DNA of 64,000 bases from Eubacteriales bacterium (GTDB taxonomy: Bacteria > Bacillota > Clostridia > Oscillospirales > CAG-272). The stretch spans positions 949-64,948 of the forward strand of contig JAZRIJ010000078.1 in NCBI GenBank assembly GCA_045645205.1, read 5' to 3'. This document shows, in pieces, positions 46,820-55,439 of the stretch (position 1 is the first letter of the stretch; every line of letters starts with the position of its first letter). Made by a program: the position numbers and the translations under genes. The notes beneath the pieces were generated by a model that saw only the letters and a list, made by a program, of their open reading frames with translations, ran no database searches and was not told the origin of the DNA.

Positions 46820-48232
46820 ATGGATATTCTTTTAGTTGAAGCTGATTATAAAAATAAATATCCTCCTTTAGGGTTGATGAAAATTAGTGCTTATCACAAG
46901 AGCGTAGGAGATAATGTTATTTTCGTAAAAGGAAAAAATAAGGAACTTAAATCAAAAAAGTGGGATAGAATTTATATTACTACTTTATTTACATTTTATT
47001 GGAAAAAAACTATAGAAACGATCAAATATTATTACAAATCTGTTGAGCAACCCGGTAATATTTATGTTGGTGGTATTTTGGCTACATTATTAGAGCAAGA
47101 ACTTAGAAGTGAGCCTGAAATTAAAGGAATTACTATTATGTCTGGGTTATTAGATAAGTCTAATATGTTAGGCCACGAGCTTGTTCCTATAGATCGTATA
47201 ACACCAGATTATTCTATAATTAGCAAGGATAACAACCCTTATCTTGAATATGAATATGAAGTACAAAATGCCTATATTACATCAACAACAAAAGGCTGTA
47301 TAAGAAAATGTGCTTTTTGTGCTGTAAGTGTTTTAGAACCAAAATATTGTGAATATCTTGATATTAAAGGTCAAATTAAAGAAATTAATACTTTATATGG
47401 AGAAAAGCGTGATTTGATGCTAATGGATAATAATATACTGGCATCAAGCAGATTGACTGAAATAGTAGATGATTTAGTTTCTTTGGGTTTTGAAAGAAAC
47501 AATAAATCATACAGAAAAGTTCAAGGTAAACGAGTTGTTCATCAAAATAGAAGAGTTGATTTTAATCAAGGTATTGATGCAAGATTGTTAACAGAAGATA
47601 AGATGGCACAATTGGCAAGATTGGAGATTCATCCATTAAGAATCGCATTTGATCATGCTGATGAAGAAAATGTTAAGATATATGTAAGAGCACAAAAACT
47701 TGCTGCAAAATATAAAATAAAGACTCTTTCAAATTACATACTTTTTAATTTTAATGACACACCTAAAGAATTGTATGATAGACTTAAAATTAACATTGAA
47801 TTAAATGAAGAATTTAATTTGCAAGGTTTAGAAACGAGCATTTGGTCTTTTCCTATGAAATATATGCCTATCTCTGGGGAACATTGCAAAGATAGAAAAT
47901 ATGTGGGAAAACATTGGAATTCAAAAATGTTAAGAGGAGTTCAGTGTATATTAAATGCAACTCATGCTGTTGTAGGTCCCAAAAAGGATTATTTTGAACT
48001 TGCTTTCGGACGCAATTATGATGAATTTATAGAGTTGATTTATATGCCCGAGTTATATATAACAAAAAGAAAACAGAACTCTGCTCAAATTAATAAATGG
48101 AAAACCAATTTTAAAAAATTGTCGCAAACAGAAAGAGAAGAGTTTATATCTTTAATAAAAAACAATTCATTTCCTAAATTAGATATTAAAAATCCTATTA
48201 TACGAGACTTGTATGAATGCTATTATAAATAA
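46820..48232 (+). CDS. B12-binding-domain-type radical SAM protein
   Basis: The N-terminus YPPLGLMKISAYHKSVGDNVIFV is typical of the B12-binding-like domain of class B/related rSAMs. The CxxxCxxC cluster motif is GCIRKCAFCAV. Confidence 0.75.
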   Translation: MDILLVEADYKNKYPPLGLMKISAYHKSVGDNVIFVKGKNKELKSKKWDRIYITTLFTFYWKKTIETIKYYYKSVEQPGNIYVGGILATLLEQELRSEPEIKGITIMSGLLDKSNMLGHELVPIDRITPDYSIISKDNNPYLEYEYEVQNAYITSTTKGCIRKCAFCAVSVLEPKYCEYLDIKGQIKEINTLYGEKRDLMLMDNNILASSRLTEIVDDLVSLGFERNNKSYRKVQGKRVVHQNRRVDFNQGIDARLLTEDKMAQLARLEIHPLRIAFDHADEENVKIYVRAQKLAAKYKIKTLSNYILFNFNDTPKELYDRLKINIELNEEFNLQGLETSIWSFPMKYMPISGEHCKDRKYVGKHWNSKMLRGVQCILNATHAVVGPKKDYFELAFGRNYDEFIELIYMPELYITKRKQNSAQINKWKTNFKKLSQTEREEFISLIKNNSFPKLDIKNPIIRDLYECYYK

Positions 48233-48367
48233 GCTTAATCACGGGTGATCTATTCCCGAAAAAACAGGTTTAATAGGGAAGATTTATACTATTATATCAT
48301 CTGTTAATTTTTACGTTCTAATAAAGGATATTGTTAACTCGAAAATTGTTTTTATTTATAAAAACCA

Positions 48368-48397
48368 CTTGACAAACGAATGTTCTATCGTGTATAC
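48368..48397 (+). promoter_or_regulatory. Candidate sigma-A promoter driving non-coding transcript
   Basis: TTGACA, 18-nt spacer, TATACT. Confidence 0.5.
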
Positions 48398-48402
48398 TGA
48401 AA

Positions 48403-48665
48403 TACCCTCATAGAGGGAATACAACTGAATATGATGTCCTCGTAGAGGTATAGTTAGGTACAAGTCCGCTATACCGCCGGCGATCTCTTTTGAGAAAGCC
48501 GTGACTCGCCACCGTGAATTTTTTGTACTGTTTAAGGTGGAGTTGAGCCGACACAAACAGTATGGTCTTTTGAATTAATTCAAAGCCGTTATGTATGAGC
48601 ATCTGATTTGAAGCGAGAGCTAAACGCTCCCGTCGATGATTAGTGTTGATACATAACGGCTTTTT
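48403..48665 (+). ncRNA. Candidate structured ncRNA (~260 nt), class unknown
   Basis: No credible ORF. Successive hairpins: ccctc/gaggg, cctc/gagg, ggtatag/ctatacc, ggcga/tcgcc, ccacc/ggtgg, tttgaatt/aattcaaa. It closes with the 14-bp stem aagccgttatgtat/atacataacggctt plus a T-run. Confidence 0.4.
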
Positions 48666-49007
48666 GTCTTTTCTCGGACTACTTAGCCGAAATATGAATG
48701 TGACATATAACCTCAGTTGCACTTTGAAAATTGAATACCCGTTACCGAATGTAGATACTACGCTAAGACCTCATAAAGAGCGAGCGAAAACGATGTGTAG
48801 CAAGATGCTATGGGTTAGGAATTAACGGACATTCGGGAGAACGGCAAAGCGCCTAATAGGAGTAATTAACCTCGAACAGGCTCGGAGTAATTGCATCATC
48901 TTAGCGAGCAGACTGTTTGTACTCCTATCGGCGCAAAACAGTACTCGTTAGGGATATCCCTAAAACCCAATTCTACGAAATCAAACAAAGAAAGGAGATC
49001 AAAATCT

Positions 49008-49903
49008 ATGACACAGTATGAAATCCCAAACGAAAGCAAAAAGAAAAAATCCGCCCGTATCCCCATAGATAAGCTACACGATTTTGACGGTCATCCGTAC
49101 AAGGTCACAGACAATGAGGATATGGACAAGCTTGTAGAAAGTATTAAGTCGCAAGGCATTATCTCGCCCTTAATAGTAAGGCAGAAAGATAACACAACCG
49201 ATGAATACGAAGTAATAGCGGGACACCGAAGATTGCACGCAAGTAAAAGGGTGGGACTGATGGTTGTACCCGCCTTAATTTATCCCTATACCAAACCCGA
49301 AGCGGCGATTGCCGTTGTGGACAGCAACCTACACAGAGAACGGATATTGCCGAGCGAAAAAGCCTTTGCTTACAAAATGAAAATGGAGGCTTTGAAAGAG
49401 CAAGGCAAACGAACCGATTTAACCTCGTCGCAAGTTGCGACAAAGTCGGATACCGCTACTGAGATCGGCAAGGCAGCAAACGAAAGCCGTGACCAAGTGT
49501 TTCGGTATATCCGTTTAACCAATCTTATCCCCGAACTGTTACAGCTTGTGGATGAAGAACGAATCGCACTTACTCCTGCTGTGGAACTGTCCTATCTTGT
49601 CGAGCAGGAGCAGTACGATTTAATGAGTACATTGATAGTGAGGACTGCACTCCGTCACTCTCACAGGCAGTACGGCTAAAGAAATTATCCCAAGCAGGTC
49701 AGCTTAATGCGGATAAGATCTTCGCCGTTATGAGCGAAGAAAAGGTAAATCAAAAGGAACGCATCAGTTTTCCTTTTGAAGATGTCCGCCGTTTCTTCCC
49801 TAAAAGTTATACCCAAAAAGATGTATATAATGCAATCCTAAAGCTCATTGGCGAAGATTATAAACGCCGTGAGCGAGCAAGAAAAAATCGTGATGAAAGG
49901 TAA
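49008..49903 (+). pseudogene. parB-like (Spo0J-type N-terminal domain) gene with frameshift near 49629
   Basis: AAAGGAGA RBS and the IAGHRRLHAS ParB box. After ..QYDLMS the frame shifts by one nt. The continuation IDSEDCTPSLSQAVRLKKLSQAGQLNADKIF...RARKNRDER* is readable in the next frame. The length of 896 nt is not a multiple of 3. Confidence 0.7.
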
Positions 49904-49912
49904 TGAAGTATT

Positions 49913-50140
49913 ATGAAATTTATATGTGGTCTTGCACAACAAGAAAATGAGTATGTGATAAACGGAGTCAAGTATATCGTCGGTTCGTCATTTATGACTT
50001 CTAAAGTTAAAAATCATCCGACAATTACCGACCGTTTCAAAAGAATTGTAACAAGTGATTTCGTACCTTTGACGGATGAATCACCACCGAGTAAAATGGC
50101 AGTAGAATATGTGTGTTCGACTGCCGGGAAGGAGGACTAA
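49913..50140 (+). CDS. TnpW-like small transposon protein
   Basis: 75 aa with the ..INGVKYIVGSSF...DRFKRIVTSDF.. pattern I associate with TnpW-type genes. These lie next to large serine recombinases. Confidence 0.45.
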   Translation: MKFICGLAQQENEYVINGVKYIVGSSFMTSKVKNHPTITDRFKRIVTSDFVPLTDESPPSKMAVEYVCSTAGKED

Positions 50141-51835
50141 ATGCAGTCGAAGAAAAAAGACAACGTCGGCATAACTGCTTTATACTGCCGACTATCACGT
50201 GATGACGGAACGGATAACGATAGCAACTCTATCGTGAATCAAAAGAAGCTGTTGCAGAAATACGCAAAGGAACACGGCTTTTCTAACACCCGCAGTTATG
50301 TGGATGACGGCTATACGGGAACAAACTTTAACCGCCCCGGCTTTCAAAAATTGCTTGAGGATATTGAGATGGGATACGTAAGTGTGATTATCGTAAAGGA
50401 TATGTCCCGACTCGGCAGAGATTATCTGCAAGTAGGATATTACACCGACACCTACTTTCCCGATAGAAATATTCGCTTCATAGCAGTAAATGACTGTGTA
50501 GACAGTGCAGACGGTGAAAACGAACTTGCACCTTTTCGTAACGTTATGAATGAAATGTACGCAAGAGATATTAGCCGTAAGGTCAGAAGCTCCCACAGAC
50601 TTCGTGGTAACGCAGGAGAGCCGTTATCTCAGCCGCCGTATGGGTATCTGAAATCGCCCGAAAACAAAAAGAAATGGGTTATAGATCCCGAAGCCGCACA
50701 AGTGGTGCAAGATATATTCCGTATGTGCTTGGAGGGCAAAGGCAACGAAACCATTGCCCGAATCCTTCAAGAACGAAAGGTGTTAATCCCGATGGCATAT
50801 TGGAGAGAAAAAGGTCTTGGCAGAGGCGGAAAGAAAGCACAACCCAATCCTTATAAATGGTGCAAATCCACCATAGCCAAGATACTTGCTCAACAGAAAT
50901 ACTGCGGTGATGTAATCAACTTTAAGACCTATTCAAAGTCGTTCAAGAACAAAGCCCGTATCCCTAATCCTGAAGAAAATTGGGCGGTGTTCAAGAATGT
51001 GCACGATCCAATAATTGACCGTGAAACCTTTGAATCGGTGCAGAAGCTCACCAAGAAAACCAAACGTCGAGCACCGAAAGCAGACAATGCCGAAAAGAAT
51101 ATGTTTTGCGATTTGCTTTACTGTGCTGATTGCGGTAGCAAGTTATGGTCGCACGTAAACACCATAAACAAGGATATTCAATATTTCAGTTGCTCCAATT
51201 ACAAGGTGGATACAAGAGGAACTTGCGAAACACGGCACTATATCCGTGCTGATGCCATAGAGCAAGTGGTAATGCTTGAACTAAAGCGAATGGCAAAGTT
51301 CTTACAGAGCGACGAGGAAGCCTTTGCAGACCTACTTGCTCAAAAGACACAAAAGGATATTATCAATGAGCAAAAAGCCTTGCAGGGCGAACTGCAACGG
51401 TGTACGGCACGAAACCAAAAGGTTGCTGAGCTTTACGAAAAGCTTTACGAGGACAATGTTTCGGGCAAGGTAACGGATGAGTGGTTTATGCAGTTATCCC
51501 ACAAATACGAAGTAGAGCGTATGGAGCTGAAAACCAAGATTGCATCCCTAAACGAAAGGATAAACAATCTTGGTACAATGCAACAGAACAAAGACAGATT
51601 TATCAACGCTATCCGAAGATTTATGGAAATGCAAAAACTGACTGCACCACTTCTTCGTGAACTCATAGACGAGATAACGGTTTATGAAACCGAAGGTGTT
51701 GGTAAGAATCGCAGTCAGAGGATTATGATCCATTACAAATTCATTGGGTATATTGAGATACCCGAATGCGGAAGTAATTACAAGGCAGATACACGAAAAG
51801 GTGTAGCTGTCGAGTATATTACCAAATCCGCATAA
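50141..51835 (+). CDS. Large serine recombinase (TnpX/TndX-like)
   Basis: N-terminal resolvase domain with catalytic-Ser context ALYCRLSRDD, then a recombinase domain, a zinc ribbon (CDLLYCADCGSKL...C) and a coiled coil. 564 aa. Confidence 0.9.
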   Translation: MQSKKKDNVGITALYCRLSRDDGTDNDSNSIVNQKKLLQKYAKEHGFSNTRSYVDDGYTGTNFNRPGFQKLLEDIEMGYVSVIIVKDMSRLGRDYLQVGYYTDTYFPDRNIRFIAVNDCVDSADGENELAPFRNVMNEMYARDISRKVRSSHRLRGNAGEPLSQPPYGYLKSPENKKKWVIDPEAAQVVQDIFRMCLEGKGNETIARILQERKVLIPMAYWREKGLGRGGKKAQPNPYKWCKSTIAKILAQQKYCGDVINFKTYSKSFKNKARIPNPEENWAVFKNVHDPIIDRETFESVQKLTKKTKRRAPKADNAEKNMFCDLLYCADCGSKLWSHVNTINKDIQYFSCSNYKVDTRGTCETRHYIRADAIEQVVMLELKRMAKFLQSDEEAFADLLAQKTQKDIINEQKALQGELQRCTARNQKVAELYEKLYEDNVSGKVTDEWFMQLSHKYEVERMELKTKIASLNERINNLGTMQQNKDRFINAIRRFMEMQKLTAPLLRELIDEITVYETEGVGKNRSQRIMIHYKFIGYIEIPECGSNYKADTRKGVAVEYITKSA

Positions 51836-51891
51836 AACAAAAGAGCAGGCTTTAAAACCTGCTCCATACATAACGAAGAAACTCGAAATTA

Positions 51892-51934
51892 CAAAAAATC
51901 GAGTGTCCATAACTCAAATCCGTTATGAACACTC
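51892..51934 (-). terminator. Intrinsic terminator downstream of tRNA-Pro
   Basis: Minus-strand hairpin gagtgttcataac/gttatggacactc followed by a U-run. One arm is also the right copy of the island inverted repeat. Confidence 0.6.
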
Positions 51935-51938
51935 GATA

Positions 51939-52015
51939 TGGTCGGAGTGACTGGATTCGAACCAGCGGCCTCATGGACCCGAACCATGCGCACTACCAAA
52001 CTGTGCCACACCCCG
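51939..52015 (-). tRNA. tRNA-Pro (anticodon CGG)
   Basis: The minus strand reads cggggtgtggcacagtttggtagtgcgcatggttCGGgtccatgaggccgctggttcgaatccagtcactccgacca. The cloverleaf folds by hand (acceptor 7 bp, T-loop TTCGAAT) and CCA is encoded. Confidence 0.9.
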
Positions 52016-52683
52016 TCAATATTTATCACACCATAATATTTTATCAAAATTATGCCCTTTTGTCAATAGCTTTATCAAAAATGAAAGTCTATTGCTCCAA
52101 AAAACAAATAACCCTTGACCGCTTCATCATCTTCGTATTGCAGTCAAGGGTTATTTATGTTCACTCTTGATATCTAACATCCGTGATTAACCTCTCTTTC
52201 TTAAACTATCAGCCTGCTTCAAATTTTCCCGAACTTCTCTTCAACGATCTTTCTTCATCTTTTAATCTCTTAAGCGAGATACTCTTTCGTTCTGTTTCGG
52301 CTACTCTCTTTGAAGCCTATTATCTTCTTTTGTTTCTTTCAAGAACATTCTGTTAAAAACATCTACAATTATTGGTTAGGAGACACCATACTATCAGTAT
52401 AATTTTTATTTTATGTTCTTTAAATCTTTCAGCTTAATGTTATTTAAATTTTTCCAACCACACTCTCTATATTATTGGCTGTATTCCTTTTAACCCCTTA
52501 GCCTTCCGCCTTTTCAAAAAGCTTCGGTTTTTGCTTACCTGTACATTGGACTCACCCTTTCTTCGCTTATATAATAACATAATTTTCACCCTTTTGCAAT
52601 TCGCAAATTATACAAACTTCACCAAAACTTTTTGTGCAATCAGGAGAAAGTTGTGCATTATATACATAATTTATTGATTTTTA

Positions 52684-52712
52684 TTGACATCAATATGGTA
52701 TTATGATATAAT
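52684..52712 (+). promoter_or_regulatory. Consensus sigma-A promoter
   Basis: TTGACA, 17-nt spacer, TATAAT. It lies ~290 nt upstream of the next CDS. Confidence 0.55.
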
Positions 52713-52783
52713 AGATTTGTTGTTAGAATTTTTATATTTCTAATTTCCTATTACATTTCTTTTTTAATTTCTTTTCGATTTAA

Positions 52784-52832
52784 AGATAAAGTCCGTACCG
52801 CCTTGATCAAGCGAACAGTGCGGGCTTTATCT
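52784..52832 (+). repeat. Conserved long hairpin, copy 1
   Basis: 15-bp stem agataaagtccgtac/gtgcgggctttatct with loop cgccttgatcaagcgaaca. A paralogous copy lies at 55188-55229. Confidence 0.7.
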
Positions 52833-52999
52833 TTGCCAATCGGTTAACTTTTACAACAGCAAGGGACAAATACACCTGTATTTTTGTCCTTTTTGTTTAT
52901 TGTGCAAACAAGCACGGTATGCTATACTAAAAATACAATATATAATATTTTTATATTGTGTCCAAAAGTATAAACAGAATTTAGGGGAGGTTATAAGTT

Positions 53000-53980
53000 A
53001 TGTTGAAAGTAGGACTTATCGGATGCGGTTTTATGGGCAAGATGCACGCAAACTGCTATAAGAACCTTGAAGGAGTTGAGCTGACAGCCGTTGCAGACCT
53101 TAGACCCAAAAAAGCTGAAAAAATTGCGGCAGATACAAACGCTGTTATTTACGGTGACGGCAAGGAGCTTATAAGTAATGCCGAGGTTGATGTTATTGAC
53201 ATATGTCTTCCCACTCATCTTCACGCAGAGTATGCTATGGCGGCAATGCGCAAGGTCAAATACATATTTATTGAAAAGCCTGTAGCACTTACAGTCGAGG
53301 AGGGAGAAGCGCTTCTTAAAAAAGCAAAAGAAAACGGATGTAATGTACAAATAGGTCAGGTTCTTCGCTTCTGGGACGAATACGTTACTCTCCGCGAGAT
53401 AATAAATTCGGGAAAGTACGGTAAAGTCATTAACGCAAACTTCCGCAGAATAAGTCCCTATCCCCACTGGAGTTGGGAGAATTGGCTGCACAACACTGAA
53501 CTATCGGGAGGCGCTGCACTGGACCTGCACATACACGATATAGACTATGCTCTTTGGGTATTCGGTACACCCCAAAAATTCTATTCCGTAAAAAATATTA
53601 TCGGCAAAAAAAATTCCTACGTAAATACACTGATGCAATATGACAACTTTGTTGTAACAGTAGAAGGAACATGGGATCTTCCTCGCACAAGACCGTTTGA
53701 AACCGCATTCAGAGTTGTCTTTGAAAACGCAACTGTCGAAAACGGAGCTAACGGTTTTATGCTCTATACTGATGAAAAAGCAGAAAAAATAGTTATCGAA
53801 AAGAAACAGTTTGCAGAAACAGTGTCGGGCGGTAATATCTCAGAGCTTGGCGGATATTACAATGAGCTTCATTATTTCTGCGACAGAGCAAAAAACAATC
53901 TTCCTATTGAACAGGCAACAGCTGACGAAGGTGTAGCTTCCTTGAAATTTATTCAAAAGGAGTTGAGCTTCAATGCTTAA
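53000..53980 (+). CDS. Gfo/Idh/MocA family oxidoreductase
   Basis: N-terminal Rossmann fold MLKVGLIGCGFMGKMH, the EKP motif (FIEKPVA), 326 aa. Confidence 0.85.
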   Translation: MLKVGLIGCGFMGKMHANCYKNLEGVELTAVADLRPKKAEKIAADTNAVIYGDGKELISNAEVDVIDICLPTHLHAEYAMAAMRKVKYIFIEKPVALTVEEGEALLKKAKENGCNVQIGQVLRFWDEYVTLREIINSGKYGKVINANFRRISPYPHWSWENWLHNTELSGGAALDLHIHDIDYALWVFGTPQKFYSVKNIIGKKNSYVNTLMQYDNFVVTVEGTWDLPRTRPFETAFRVVFENATVENGANGFMLYTDEKAEKIVIEKKQFAETVSGGNISELGGYYNELHYFCDRAKNNLPIEQATADEGVASLKFIQKELSFNA

Positions 53981-54989
53981 GGTAGGCATTGTCGGCTGCG
54001 GCAACATCTTTACCATGCACGCGACCTCGGCAGACCATCTTGATAACGCACAGCTCGTCGGTGTATGTGATATAAAAAAAGACAGAGCCGACAAAGCGGC
54101 CCAAAAATACGGTGTAAAAGCCTATTACGACTACAAAGATATGATTGACAATGCGGGACTTGACATAATTCATATATGTGTTCCCCACTATATGCATCCC
54201 GTTATTTCAAAATATGCTATAGAACACGGTGTAAACGTTCTCTGCGAAAAGCCTATGAGTATTGAATACTGCGACGGAGAAGAAAATGTAAAACTTGCCG
54301 AAAAGACCGGGATTAAGTACGGCATAATATTTCAGTGCCGTTACAACGACACCTCTAAACTCATTAAGGAAAACATAGAAAACGGTAAACTCGGCAAAGT
54401 TATTTCAGCTCGTGTTGTTCTCACCTGGCGCAAACCCGACTCCTACTATGCCCTTTCCGACTGGAAAGGCACTTGGGATAAAGAAGGCGGCGGCGTTATC
54501 ATTGACCAAGCAATTCATTCGCTTGACCTTGCAAATTGGTTTATAAACGACGAGCCTGTCGAAGTTCAGGCAAGTATTGCAAACAGAGGGCACTCCGTTA
54601 TGGAAGTTGACGATACGGGCGAGGGTCTAATTAAATACAAAAACGGCGCTACCCTATCCTTTTGGGCAATGAACAATTATGGCTGTGATGAACCTATTGA
54701 AATACGTATTCTCTGCGAAAACGGAAAAGCCGTTATGAGCTATGATGAAGCAAAAATAATGTTCAATGACGGAACGGTTTTATCAGCCGAACAACAGTCC
54801 GACGGCATATACTACGAAGGTGGTAAGGAATACTGGGGTTTCAGACATATACGCCAGATCTCCGATTTCTATGACGCTGTGGAAAACAACCGTCAGCCTG
54901 AGATAAGCGGAAAAGAAGCATTGAAGATACAAAAGCTTATTTGCGCTGTCTACAAAAGCGGAAAGACAGGCAAAAAAATTAGCTTCTAA
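53973..54989 (+). CDS. Gfo/Idh/MocA family oxidoreductase
   Basis: MLKVGIVGCGNI... and CEKPMS. It overlaps the upstream gene by 8 nt. Confidence 0.85.
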   Translation: MLKVGIVGCGNIFTMHATSADHLDNAQLVGVCDIKKDRADKAAQKYGVKAYYDYKDMIDNAGLDIIHICVPHYMHPVISKYAIEHGVNVLCEKPMSIEYCDGEENVKLAEKTGIKYGIIFQCRYNDTSKLIKENIENGKLGKVISARVVLTWRKPDSYYALSDWKGTWDKEGGGVIIDQAIHSLDLANWFINDEPVEVQASIANRGHSVMEVDDTGEGLIKYKNGATLSFWAMNNYGCDEPIEIRILCENGKAVMSYDEAKIMFNDGTVLSAEQQSDGIYYEGGKEYWGFRHIRQISDFYDAVENNRQPEISGKEALKIQKLICAVYKSGKTGKKISF

Positions 54990-55091
54990 ACAGACTTACT
55001 CTGCTCCTAAAAGCCATACAAACACCATCAAGCCACCTCACATAAACAGCAGATTTTGGTGCAACACTCCCGTATTCCTGCTGTTTTTTTA

Positions 55092-55120
55092 TTTACACGA
55101 ACATACAGCTGTGATATAAT
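55092..55120 (+). promoter_or_regulatory. Candidate sigma-A promoter
   Basis: TTTACA, 17-nt spacer, TATAAT with an upstream TG. Confidence 0.45.
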
Positions 55121-55187
55121 ATCTATAGCAATATAAATAATGACATATTTCAGTTATTTTTTATATCTCAACTTCTTTCTAATAAAA

Positions 55188-55229
55188 AAAGCCCGGTACT
55201 GCCTTGCTCAAACGTAAAGTACGGGCTTT
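55188..55229 (+). repeat. Conserved long hairpin, copy 2
   Basis: aaagcccggtact/agtacgggcttt with loop gccttgctcaaacgtaa. The same ctttatct tail follows as in copy 1. Confidence 0.7.
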
Positions 55230-55439
55230 ATCTATTAGTATAAAATTACTTTTTCTAACTATCGGTCAGCATCGGCTGTACCCTTTTTATTTTTACAACA
55301 ATTTTTAATGTTAACTTTCGGTTTGTGTTGTATTATAATGTATTTGGAACTTAGTATAAGTTGCAAAATATATTAAACTGAGTCCCGCAGTGGAGTTATG
55401 TATTTTTGGGGTGCGCAACTTGGATTGCGAATTTTTGCC

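Larger units (their letters stand above)
40917..51934 (+). mobile_element. ~11-kb integrative island with large serine recombinase, beside tRNA-Pro
   Basis: Visibly more AT-rich than the flanks. It contains Tn4451-type accessory genes (tnpV-like, tnpW-like, parB-like) and a serine recombinase at the right end. A 14-bp perfect inverted repeat gtgttcataacgga lies at 40917-40930 and 51919-51932 (19/21 when extended). Confidence 0.65.

Noticed and set aside
48356-48825. ORFs of 60-104 aa on both strands in the island's non-coding region.
   Set aside because: They overlap one another, lack RBSs, have odd composition, and coincide with hairpin-rich sequence. They are treated as non-coding.
48891-49007. 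The track ORF begins at 48891, adding 39 aa to the parB-like protein.
   Set aside because: There is no RBS at 48891. A strong AAAGGAGA RBS precedes ATG 49008, and the ParB-like sequence begins there.
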